Source: Anthoceros angustus
Taxonomy: Eukaryota; Plantae; Anthocerotophyta
Length of the DNA stretch: 64,000 bases
NCBI GenBank assembly: GCA_010909165.1
Contig: MU008180.1
Span: 619,884-683,883 of the forward strand
Reading direction: 5' to 3'
Position numbers and translations under genes: made by a program. Shown one piece after another: positions 12,123 through 23,899 of the stretch (the stretch's first letter is position 1; each line of letters starts with the position of its first letter). The notes beneath the pieces are model-generated. The model saw nothing but the letters and a program-made list of their open reading frames with translations, ran no database searches and was not told the origin of the DNA.

Positions 12123-14138
12123 TTAAAACTGGGGCGGCCGCCGTGGCAAGTAGTCTAGCCACTGCACTGGAGTCCTCGCATGAGTTGACAGACTCCTGAA
12201 TGTCTTGTAGTTTGGAGGCACATCTATGCTGTCCAGTTCCTTTGGCTCCTGCACAACATGGACTGGGGTTACCTTTCTAAATCACACGCACGCTGTACTA
12301 TTGCTCCCTGGCCAACAGTTTGCAAAACTTGTTACCCTAGGTGGTCTCAAAAGCTTCATGTGAGCCTCCTCCAAAGTTTTGTCTCCCTTCCTCAAGTTGC
12401 AGGAAGAGCAAGCAGTTACCTGAAACACGACAGATGCACAATCTTTCCGAATGCCATCATTCCAATGTCACGCATACTAAGTCATCAAACTAATACCACC
12501 GATCGACAGAGGATTGTCGATCACGGGGTGGAAGAAGGCTGAGAAAGACGGATAACTCGGCCTTTCTCTTCTGAACACCAACTAATATGTCACCTGCAAG
12601 CAATCTCTATCCGTCACCAGGGGACATTCACCAGCACCCACACATCTCAAGGATCCGATCAGAATTACCAGGAGAACACCCTTTGTCCAAACTCATACAC
12701 CTCTTACTGTCACAACTCAGAGCGATTTGAGGGCTTACTAAGTTTTCCCAGGTCCAAGGACCCCCTCGAGAAACGGCTTGTACGTGATCGATGGTTAAGG
12801 AATCCCGGACGTTGCAGTATCTGTTCAAGGGCCACAAAGGCTACATTTGTAAAAACCACATCATCATGCTACGGTGCCGATATGGGCCTGACCTCAAGAG
12901 AGAGCTAGGCCCGACCATACGTTGAACCATCTGACAGAGAAGGATGAGATGCACTCACTGGCATCTAAATTTGTCCCTCAGAAAAATGTTATTGCGGTTG
13001 AGCGCCAGTTTCACCTTCTTGTGTTTGGGCGAATGTATGAAACTGTTCACCTGCAGAACAAGTAGCCCAGATGGTGAACCTGGCTGGTAAGATATGAACC
13101 TGCCTGAATTCGAATTCTAAGCTACACATCAACGACGTAGGTAGGTACACGTTATGCTGAAATATGGAAAGGCATTGTACTCAGTATCCCATTTTGAGCC
13201 CCCACTACTATTACCCTTAAAACTGCTGGAATGGGGAAAGCTCTGGTCGTCGACATGACTGCTTGATCGTAGTACTCCAGCACATCTGCCTGCAAGGTAG
13301 CAAGCTTTCAACTATCCTCAGCATTTTGACGTGGACTGCATTTTTAGACCAGACAGAGAGCTGCATAACCTTGCGGCATTTGTTGACATCAAATTGCATA
13401 ACCTTGACGACGCAAGACCAGAGACAAAGATAAGCACGTGTCTACCAAGTCATGTCTTGAGAGGAACCATTTTCCAACACCATAAATGTCAACCTCAGAC
13501 AGATCTTTCAGGCCAGACCATGAGATAGGTGTACGCTGATTGAGTGGGTCATTGGCAAATTGTAACTTTGCAGTGTTTAAGGCCGTGCGTCCTAACCTTT
13601 TCCAGAATCTCCAAGCAGAGGGCTCGCTTCCAGCACACGACATTCACAGGCCTGCAAACATAACAACCATGAAGAATTCCGCACACGTTGCAATGACAGG
13701 CTACTGAAGTGTCCCTTGATACCTGTACGACACGTCAAGGACAAGACCTCTGTACACATTGAGCTCATCATCAGAGTCATCATCATCGATTTCCACAAAT
13801 ATGTTTGAGTGGGGAGTCGCCACTGAAGTGCTTGTCAAGTGAAGCACCCCACCATCAGCTGGATCGTAATTCAGCCTCTTGGTTCCAGGTGAGTCTACCT
13901 GTCTCCCTTTTGCTCTCTTCTGAGAAATAATAAAGCTTGCCATCCCACAACAGTCCACAGGCTCCATCCTAACCGTCGCGTGTAGACTGCTTCTCCATCT
14001 GCCATCTAGCCCAAGGGTTGACAGAGCTAATGGCTGCAGAGTGACATGAAAACGCTTGGAGATACCACACCCGACATTCTGATCCGCAATGACCCAACGC
14101 GATCCTCTACTGGCAGCTTCCATGGGCTGAGTCCTCAT
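12123..14138 (-). CDS. Plant HNH endonuclease (McrA-like HNH domain), multi-exon; 5' end uncertain
   Basis: Spliced minus-strand exons give YRGLVLDVSYR, LNRNNIFLRDKFRC, YCNVRDSLTIDHVQAVSRGGPWTWENLV, VTACSSCNLRKGDKTLEEAHMKL and a terminal exon EPKELD...QWLDYLPRRPPQF with stop at 12123-12125. Confidence 0.88.
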
Positions 14139-15965
14139 AGCAGCAGCACGTTCAATCAGGACAGTCGATGCTGCTCCAATTGCTCAATCAGGACCCAGCT
14201 GCAAGGGATGCACAAGTCGAACGTCGTTCCAGCCTTCGCCTTTGCCGCCGGAGACCAAATTGTTGGTGTTCCCCGCATAGCTGTCAAGTGAGCCTGAACG
14301 GGAAGGACATGTGCGCCGATCCGCAGGCCATGCAGCTCCGTCAACAAGCGACCGCAGGCAGCGACCCAGGTCCTCGGTCCTGAGCTTCAAACGTCACTCT
14401 CCAGTGACAAAAGCAAGACCTCCTTCCCTGTGGTGTCGACAAATCCAGTGCTAAAAGCAGAACCATCAACGGAGCTGCAAAACCGAGACGAAATAGAACC
14501 CATCACCTCATTGGCCCAAAAGCGCCAATTGACACCACCACAGTTGAACCTCATGGCAGCTTAGAGGGAGGGAAGCTCCCGAAACACAATTGTCAGGCAA
14601 TTCGCAATGAGCATGCGTGGTGGTGTAAGCTCACCGGAAAGCTGGCCATGAAGTCTGAGCCGAACCAGCCTGTGACGCAACAGTGGGTGTAATTGGGGTG
14701 AAGCGGGTAGGGTGGACCCAGTGGAGGAGAAGGAGATGTTCACACTATTCAAGAGCTTGGCTAGAGCAGGCCAGGATCGAAGAAATCGAAACCCAGTGAA
14801 TTTGGGCGCAGAATGCACGACCGGTGGCACACAGCAGGCCTGGCAATTGAGCAGGCACACAGTTGCACGATACGAAAAAGGGAGGTGGCAGGTGGCAGGT
14901 ACAAGCAGACGAGAGGAGAGGAGCTGGGGAGAGCCTGATTTGTCCAAGGAAACGTGAGGGAGAGACTGGTGTGATTCGTGATTCGTGAATGTGCCAGAAG
15001 TTGTGTACACTGTACCGAGATATCTCTGTTTCCCCTTGAGGCTTACTAAAAAAAAGGCCTGGCCTGCGGACGCCACGTTCTTGCGGGAACAACTTTTGCA
15101 CACTCGCTTTTCAGTTATTCCTTGTGCCAAAGAACCTAGAAACTAATGGGCCTAATCCTAATGGGTATGTAGGTGTAACGTAAATATACGTATTTGGTAA
15201 TAACAAATACCACATATTTATATCTGGTCCAAATTCAGTGATGATTGGAATACTTTCAAAGCTTTTTTTTTCAATGGTGAATAGATGAGTATTATATTTC
15301 GTTTAATTTAAAAAGTGGTAATCAAGGACCTATTGAGTATGGGTAGTTTCAAGTTGACTTACACACATACAGAGAGATATACAATATATGTAGAACGGTT
15401 ATGATTCTTCCTATCACACTTATAACAATTACTCACACATTCAGAAGCGGTATGCAGTTTTCACACCTGGGTAGCTGCCTAGGCCCAATTCCCATTGCTG
15501 AGGTCCGATTACATTAGAAAACATAACACCTCACAAACTCCCATGGGAGGTACATATGATCCACATATGTAGCTTTTGATCAAATTAATACTCACAAGTG
15601 GCCAACATTCCTCTTTAGCTCAAACATAGCAGAGACATCACCTCGTTGGTAGGCAACTCCTTCAATCCATTGATCTATTTGGCCTTAAATATAGCTCAAG
15701 GCTCTTGTTAGCAAAACACAAAATCAATCACATGTAACCCTAATACACGAATCGAGGTTTCATTAAAAAGCCAACTTCTTGGAGTTGCTCGACTCCCCTT
15801 CATCTTCGACCAGCTAATCTATTGGTATCGCATTCTCTAAACATGGCCTTCATCGTCTTCCTTGAAGAAGAGGTGAGTGCTCATGTTCCTCACGCTGCAC
15901 GCGCTGCATGTGTTGTTCGCACGCACTGCTTGTGTTGTTCGACGCACTGCTTGCTTTGTTCAAAG

Positions 15966-16185
15966 TACAAGTTGATGCTGCAAAGCCGCTATTCTATATT
16001 CTAGCCATTTGATCTCAACTATCAATTTCAAATTTTCAAAATACAAGTTGATGCTGCAAAGCCCCTATTCTATATTCTAGCCATTTGATCTCAACTATCA
16101 ATTTCAAATTTTCAAAATACAAGTTGATGCTGCAAAGCCCCTATTCTACATTCTAGCCATTTGATCTCAACTATCAATTTCAAAT
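15966..16185. repeat. 76-bp tandem repeat, about 2.9 copies
   Basis: CAAGTTGATGCTGCAAAGCC... starts at 15968, 16044 and 16120. Confidence 0.95.
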
Positions 16186-16532
16186 GGTCATCACATTCAG
16201 CTGACCAATGCCTATCAAGTAAATCTATTGAGTAAATCTTTCACTACTAGAAAGGGGGGAGGAAGGGGTATGTTATGCCTTCTTATTTTTGTACCAGAAT
16301 TGGTCTGCAAAGTATAACACCCTTTGCATCGGAGTGAAGGATGGGGTAGTGGAGTGTAATACACTATTACAATGTATTATAACATATATAAACATTATGT
16401 CGGGTGACAAATACTGTGCTAGGTGGCAAACACTTTGCCGGATGGTATGAACTGAACTGAACGAAGATCTCAATTGACCTATATCAAGGAAGATCTCAAT
16501 TGAACTATATCGTCTAAGTCCACTCCTAATAT

Positions 16533-16581
16533 GAAGAAGAAGAAGAAGAACTTTATTTAAGTCCACTAAGGACGGATTTCC
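16533..16581 (-). mobile_element. Heavily 5'-truncated SINE-like copy (about 50 bp of 3' end)
   Basis: (GAA)n-CTTTATTTAAGTCCACTAAGGACGGATTTCC, with ATATG on both sides as a possible TSD. Confidence 0.75.
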
Positions 16582-16926
16582 GGATATGGCTTATCATCGA
16601 ATTGTACCATAAATCAAATGAAGTAGCTTTGCAAATACGAGACACTTGTGAAGAAGCTGCTATTGCACAGGGTTCATAGAATTTTGAGGTGGTCAAGATG
16701 GGTGATTATTAAATTAAGAAACTTAATTATGTCAGTGTCCTCCTAAATTCATCCAAATTTCAAAAAGAATTTATGAAGTTTATGTATACCGGAGGCCACC
16801 AATAAAGTCAAAAACACTTTTGGCTATTCTCCTGCTGGGTGAGTAATTGGTCATATATAATTATTTTATTTTTCATTATTTTTGGGGTTTTTTTTGGCAA
16901 CGAACGCATATGGTGATCCCATACGC

Positions 16927-17218
16927 ATATGTGTGTCCAAATGGCTTAGGCCAAATGGACACACATTTATAAAAATGCCGTGATTAAGCATCCTGAGCTT
17001 AGATGGGGTGCCTAAAGGGAGTGGATGCCTAGGTGCAACTTAGATAGGGTGCCTAAAGGGAGTGGATGCCTAGGTGCAACTTAGATAGGGTGCCTAAAGG
17101 GAGTGGATGCCTAGGTGCAAGTAGCTTAGGCACACCATGGTACAAGTTGTCAAGTACCAAGTCCCATGACGGAAATCCGTCCTTAGTGGACTCAAATAAA
17201 ATTCTTCTTCTTCTTCTT
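16927..17218 (+). mobile_element. Full-length SINE-like element with 5' hairpin, internal 3x41-bp duplication and (TTC)n tail
   Basis: Flanked by the 8-bp direct repeat CCATACGC (16919-16926, 17219-17226). Hairpin at 16929-16966. Ends in AAATAAAA(TTC)n. Confidence 0.85.
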
Positions 17219-17550
17219 CCATACGCCTAATAAGGCTGTGTCGTGTCTGTACCACACAGGCCAACGCAGGCCTGACAGATCTTTCTGTCACCCGAAGTTA
17301 GGGTTAGTCTAAAATATGTGTAAATCGTTAAGTCTAAAATGTTCCTTGCCATCGCAGCGTGGCGACTTCGTGGCGAGTCGGCCCAACGGTATGTACCAGG
17401 CTCGTGGTATTGGGAATTTTTATTAAAACTTGGGCAGCACAGCAATTGTGAGTGTCATATACAGAGACTGCTGGCTCTAGTATGTACAGCCACCGTTTGT
17501 GTAAATCAGAGACAGAGACGCACTAGGATCCAATCCAAAGAGAGGCTAAG

Positions 17551-18630
17551 CTACATAGCTTCGGTGAGCCCGACATCCTCAAGAAGACACACACCAAACC
17601 ATCCCGCAATCACCTTGAACACGCCAGACGAACCAGGTAACCAGCGGGCCACGTAGGGAAAAGCGGGGCAAGCCAAAGTCCCCAGAATGAACCAGTTGAA
17701 GCTGATGACAGCAATTGCATCAAATCCATGTTTAGCTTCCAGCTTGGTGAGGAATTGAATGACATTAGCCAAGGACACGGCCACCACGGAGAAGAGGGCA
17801 ACCACCAGAGGCATACACGGATCCTGAGCTTCCCACACTATGAGTGACACCAGCAAGGCTAGAGCTGCACTGAACAAGCTGGACGTCATGGCGTTATCCC
17901 TTCCCTGCAACACGAGGGTATCATCCAACGTTGCGGACAGACTGCTCAAGGGGCCAGGGGCCTGCTGTCCCTCCCCTTCCCTACTCTCCTTGTGGCGGTG
18001 AGCCTCATCCCTCTGCGCCTCAGCCTTGAGCTGCTGCTGCTTCCTGGCCTCATCCAGCTTGCGATTCTCCGCCACCAGCTCCTCCTCCTGAAGGAAATCC
18101 AATCCATGAGCAGGAGCCCGGAGGTCGCAGGTCGCAGGTCGCAGGCAAGCAAACAGGAATTCAGGGTTCCTCAGGTAGGGCACAGGGCCAGCTTACACGG
18201 ACGATGAGGAGTTTGAGCTTGTCACAACATTTCTTCCTCTCCACCACCACCAGGTCCAAGGCCTCTTGCACGCGCTGCCGATCCTTGGAGACCTCAATCA
18301 GCTTCCTCTCCAGTGCCCTGTTCTGCTCCAAAAGCTGGTCTCCATAAGACTGCGTGAGCAGCAGTTCCTCCTCCACCTGTGCAAGTGAGGTAAGAAACCT
18401 CCGAGATCCTCCACCGAAGCCAAGGCAAAAACACGATGATCACAAACCAGCTTCAATCTGTTGGCCGCGGCCACGATCCGAAGCGGCGCGGTGACAACCC
18501 GGATGGCGGAGTTGAGAAACAAAAGCCAGGCCAAAACATAGATGCGCAATGCGCCAACCACGAAGCTCCGGAAGGGCCGCGTCACCGCCCCGATGACATG
18601 GAAGCAGATGGAACAGAGCAGGAATATCAT
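17551..18630 (-). CDS. Uncharacterised plant coiled-coil protein with C-terminal transmembrane segments, probably 3 exons
   Basis: ORFs 18298-18630, 18161-18376 (coiled coil: QLLEQNRALERKL) and 17551-18183 (SLIVWEAQDPCMPLVVALFSVV...SFNWFILGTLACPAFP) have plausible splice sites. I recall this C-terminus in uncharacterised plant proteins but did not verify it. Confidence 0.75.
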
Positions 18631-19199
18631 TCCTCCGCGGTGATCAGTAGAGGTAGGCGGGATGCTGCGGGCGCCGCCTCCTCCGAGGCCGGCAACACAG
18701 GTAGCAGAGGCCGAGGCAGCAGAGAGAGCACCAGAAGAGCCGCCCCCGCATGGATGCCGATCGCGGATGTGCCCTCAACAGCGGAAGCTTAAGGGAAGGA
18801 ATTGTCCAGGCTGTGGGATCAGAATTCGTGGAGGGATTCAAGATTTGCTGCCACTGTGAGCTCGCACCAAAGGCACAGCGGCAACTGCCGCCGCCGCGGC
18901 CCGGGATCTGGATCGGGATGACAGCCTGGCTCCAGAGCCGGGAGGCCGAACTGGCAGTCACATCCGTGTGATTGACATGTAGAGGCTGCATTTCCGGCCA
19001 TCTGGCTTGCTTTGAGTCGTGAGCAGATTAATTTGCGCCTCAAGCGCGTCTTCCTGCGCTAGTCTCGTTCTGCCTTCCTGGTGTAGGAGTTCGTGTGTTG
19101 TGCTGTATATGTCATGGCCTCGTCAGTGGGAGGTTGGCTTTGGAACCGAATTCATGCAGTTGCTTCGTCCCGTCTTTGTCCCGTCTGAGCTCGGGAGCG

Positions 19200-20927
19200 A
19201 TGGCGAGATTACCCTCCACGCGGGGCCGGGGGTCCCGGGGCGAGAGAGGCCGCGCGGCAGGGCCCGCGCGTGCCACTGCGATTCCTGCTTCGGCTGGTGT
19301 TGTTGCTGGTGCTGATGGCCATGGCGCTGGTACCGTTGCTGCTGTTGGTGGCGTTGCTGTTGTTGGTGGCGTTGCTGGTGGCGCGAGAGGAGGAGGTAGA
19401 GGTGGTGGCGGGGAGAAGAGGATCTGGAAGCAAGGCCGGGCCAAGATAGTGATCAAGCCCATCGTGAACGACAACCAGCGGCAGACCACGTTCACGAAGC
19501 GCAAGAACGGGCTGATGAAGAAGGTGGAGGAGCTGGCGGTGCTGTGCGGGGTGGATATGTGCCTCATTTGCTACGGCGCCAGCAGGGGCACCGACAAGCA
19601 GAATAACAATCAGAATAACAGTCTGTTCTGGGGGAAGCCGAGTGACGAAGATGTAATCAGGCGCTACAAAGCCATCCCCAAGGAGGAGCAGGACAGGAGG
19701 AAGATGGACAACACGTCTATGCTGGAGTCGCTCATCATGAAGCACGCAAGCGAGCTGAGGCAGGTGGGATTCGGCTGTTGATGCATGCGGGCCTAGGGTG
19801 GGAAGTTGTTTCTGTTGGTGTTGTGACGCTGGTCACCTGTTGCATGTTGCATGCAGTTGCGGGAAACGAATTACAATATGATACAGGACAAGGGGTGCTA
19901 CCATCGGGGGTACGAGGTGCTGAGACAGTGCAACGTTGCGCAGCTGCGGAATCTGATGGATGAGGTAAAGCAGAAGCGCGATCTGGTGCACGCAAGGCTG
20001 GAGCATATTCACCGTGAGGAGCAGGCGAGGCTCCAGATCCAGCAGGCGAGCCGTGCGCGTGCGAGTTTTGGTGCATGCCTGGGGCAGATGCCGGTCGAGG
20101 CCGGGAGGAGGCAGTATTTGCAGGCGGCCTTTGACACGGTTAGGGGTTGCGCAGATGGAGATGGCGCGGTACCGGTGCTGGAGTCGACTGGTGCGGATTC
20201 CGAATTGACATCCGGCGTGCACCAGAATTATCCTTGGATGCCTCAGGGTCTCACCTTAAGCAAACTGCGGCACATGCAGCAGCAGCAGCAGCAGCAGCAG
20301 CAATCCTTTTCGGCTTCTTCCTCCGGCATGCATCAGCGGCTTCCACCCGAGAGTTATCGGTGGGAGAATCAGGCGATACCCACGCCTAATTTAATGCTGT
20401 ATAACCAAATTCAGCACCAGAATATGCTGTTCACGCTTCGCCTGAACCAGCACCAACAGCAGCAGCAGCAGCTTCATGCGAAGCAAGAACACCGACAGCA
20501 GGAACAGCAGCAACAACAGCAGCAACAACAGCACCAACAAAAGCACCAACAAGAGCACCAACAACAGCAGCAGCTGCTTGCGAACCAGCAACAAGAGCTG
20601 CAAGATCAGCAAAGTCTGACCCGTGGTTCGCAAGAACAGCTGCAAGAACAACCAAGTCTGAAGCGTGGTCGGCAAGAACAGCTGCAACATCAGCAAAGCT
20701 TGAAGCATGGTTCGCAAGAACATCAGCCAAGTCTGAAGCGGCAAGAGCAGATGCAGCATCTCGAGGAGGAGTCTAGCCAGCTGCCACAGCCAGATCCCCA
20801 ACCTCATGTCGACAACCCTGCTGAGCCCGAGCCCGAGCCCGAGCCCGCAGAGGATGACTGGGCGAGTTGGAATCACTCGGAATTCGAGTGGTTCAATCGC
20901 GACAACCCTCCGTTGGCATCATTTTAG
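19200..20927 (+). CDS. Type I (M-beta/M-gamma-like) MADS-box protein with Gly/Ala-rich N-extension, one intron and polyQ tail
   Basis: MADS domain GRAKIVIKPIVNDNQRQTTFTKRKNGLMKKVEELAVLCGVDMCLICY. A phase-0 intron at 19764-19856 joins ORF 19851-20927. No K-box recognised. About 544 aa predicted. Confidence 0.85.
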
Positions 20928-21028
20928 AGCAGCTTGCCAATCGGGACCATCCGCCATTGGCATCATTTTAGAGCAGTTTGCCAATCGGGACATCCTCCAT
21001 CGACATCATTTTAGAGCAGTTTGCCAAG
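20894..21028. repeat. About 44-bp tandem repeat (about 3 copies) spanning the MADS stop codon
   Basis: CATCATTTTAGAGCAG(C/T)TTGCCAA occurs at 20917, 20961 and 21004. Confidence 0.9.
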
Positions 21029-21387
21029 CGGTGTCTTTTGTTGTATAGGCATGTATGTATCTGTCCACTTTGAGGGGCATTTCTTTGTCAGCGGAATTTT
21101 TGAGGAGCATTTTTTTCGCTCAAAATCTTTGAGGAGCATTAGGACGGTAGGGTTTTAAATTCAATGTAATCTATGTAGAAGATATAGAACTTAATCAAGA
21201 GAGGAGAGATGGGGAGCGAAAGGAAAGCAACGCAGTATTATAAGACTTAATTTCACTTCTCGAAATGAGAAAGGGAAGCAGGAGAACGTCGCGTGCTTTT
21301 GGGAAAGGCTGGTTGTTGTGATCCGGCGCCTGGGAGTTTGATGACGCGCAGGCGACAGAGCGGAATTTGCAGAGCTTGGAGAGGGCG

Positions 21388-23108
21388 ATGGGACTGCAGG
21401 GAGGGGACCCGGATGCCGCACCCGCCCCAGCCACGCGCACAGCTTACGAATTGCTGATAGCAGCAGGGATCAAAGAGGAAGCGCAGGTACCAGATGAGGC
21501 CTTGGACGTGCTGGAAGGGCTGGCTCGGAACCTGAGTGACATCGAGCATGCTCACATGTTCCGCCTCCAGCCTCTGAAAGGAGCCATGACGAACCAGGTG
21601 TTCGAGTGTCGTTGGCGCCGAGATCATGTGGGGAAGCGGCCGAAGAAGGTGCTGGTGCGGGTTTACGGGGCCGGCTCCGACCTCTTCTTCAACCGGGAGG
21701 ATGAGGTGGCCACCTTCGAGCATATGTCTGCCCGGAGGCAAGGTCCTCTCTTGCTTGCGCGCTTTCCTAATGGACGTGTCGAGGAGTTTCTGTACGCTCG
21801 GGTGAGTACGGATTTGGTTTCAGCAATTTGGCTTCATTCACAGCATTTCAGGAGCAAGGGCGGTTGCACTGAACCGTGTCATTGCCTGGAACCAGACTCT
21901 TGCGGCGGAGGATTTGAGGGATGCTGGCGTGTCTGCGCGGATTGCCGCCAAGCTGAGTGAATTCCACAGCCTGGACATTCCGCGCCCCAAAGTTCCCCTC
22001 CTCTGGGACCGCCTAAGGTCGTGCCCAGCTCTTGTAACTTGTCTCGGCTCGGTTTATGTTCGGCGCTACAAGTTGCCTTGTTCCCGTGTGCAGGAGCTGG
22101 TTGCACTCGGCTCTGGAGCTTGCCACGGAGCGCCAAATTCAGGAGTTCAGGTTGCGAAGCCTAGGTCCAGAAATTGATGCCCTAAAGTTGTGGCTGTCCA
22201 AGCTGCCTGGGCCCGTAGGCTTCTGTCATAACGATCTCCAGTATGGCAACATTATGATGAATGAGGAGGAAGAGTCTGTTACTATCATAGTAAGCCCGCC
22301 ACGCCCTCTACTCTGTGCTCCAATCCTTGCTTACACTATCTGCATATTCTCCAACACTTGTGGCAGGATTATGAGTACTCTGGCTATAACCCTGTAGCCT
22401 TTGATATTGCAAACCACTTCTGTGAGATGGCTGCAAATTACCACACCGACACCCCGCATCGGCTAGACTTCTCCAAGTATCCAGGTTCCTTCTTCTCCTT
22501 GCTTCCTCTCCCACACCTGCGCTTCCCTCTTGCCGATGCTCACCATTCGAAGTACCAGCAGATTTTCAGGAACGATGCAGGTTTGTCAGACACTACTTGC
22601 AAGCTTCCCAAGACCCTGGTATGCAACCCTTTCTTTGTGGTTTCGAGCAGTTTGATCTTGCACAGGGTAAAGCTATCTGTAACATTGTGATTGACAGCTT
22701 GAAAGCACTTGCAACGACAGGTGCTGTTGTGAGTGACTCAGAAGTCGAGTCCTTCACAGCGGACACGGAATTTTACTGTCTTGTCAGTCACCTGCAATGG
22801 GGTCTTTGGGGCATCATCTCAGTAAGTGCGCACATGTGCTGTTCATCAGTCAAGTCGTTCCAAGGAGTTGGAGAGAGTCCAAGTCTGACTGGGTCTCTTG
22901 TATTGTAGTACCTTTCTGTCCCGGTGTCGAACCGGCTAACAAGTGGGCCTTGCTCCAGGCCAGCAAATCAGATATTGATTTCGACTTCGAAGAATACGCC
23001 CGGCAGAGACTTAACCGCTACTCTGAGCTGAAGGGCAAGGTCCTGGAAGGAGCCGTGCGAAGCGACGAAGACCTTGCCCTGGAGTTCCGCTCGAAGCTGT
23101 CCCGCTGA
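21388..23108 (+). CDS. Choline/ethanolamine kinase, multi-exon
   Basis: [18 protein letters not shown], Brenner motif [13 protein letters not shown], and [48 protein letters not shown]. Confidence 0.95.
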
Positions 23109-23899
23109 TGGGAACGGCCTCGCTGATGAAGAAGGATCCCATCCCCTGTCACACTCTGAGCGAGGGTGCGGACTGTACAATACACGAAGGTGCGTTAAAC
23201 ATGGGTAGATAGGTAGGATAGCCATTTAAATAGCTAGGTCTTCGAAGGGGTCATGTTTGAGGGGCCGATTCGACTGATTGATTGGGGTACTACAACTATA
23301 TGTTATACATAGGTGGTATCGGCATAACAGACTTTGTTCGGTATGGGAAAGTTTATATTGAATCAAGTCATAATTGTAACGGTAGTTGTCGGGCAGTCGG
23401 GAATGTTTTCTTTCCACTTGTGTGATGCTCGTGGGAGTAGGAGGGAGGAGTGGTGGGAGCGAGCATAAAGGGTGATAATAAGTTGAGTTGTGTCTTGCAC
23501 GTTCACGTTCAACGCTGTCGCTGCGGCGGGCAGCAGATCCGATCCGGCCAAGGCCAATTCCTGGACACAGCGGCCTTCCCTGCGCTTGCTCTATTGCTCT
23601 ACCGCGTGAGCGCGTTGCATCACGATCGACATGGGATCGCGTGATTGGGAGTGTCCTCGGGCGGCATTGGCCAGCTGACAACCGGCAGGTGCGCAGATCC
23701 GCCTTTCTTCCGCCTCCACGGCCAGACTCCGCCCGCCCACCAACCTGACATCCGCGGCAGGTGGGTGCTTTGCTTTCCATGTCCGATCCCGCGCAGAGAT
23801 TGTGGAGGTGGCGATGTTGGCTGATTCATTGACTGAGCGACTTCCCTGCCTTGTTGGTGTTGGTGTTGGTGTTGCTGTGTGCCCGCAGCTTGGGTGGCC

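Noticed and set aside
12123-14138. HNH nuclease as a novel defence or mobile system
   Set aside because: It is an ordinary intron-containing member of the known plant HNH family, with no mobile-element context of its own.
16927-17218. Hammerhead ribozyme, tRNA head or Helitron end in the SINE-like repeat
   Set aside because: I found no CTGANGA/GAAA core and no B-box. The CTAG after the hairpin at 59051 belongs to the TSD and is absent from the 16927 copy.
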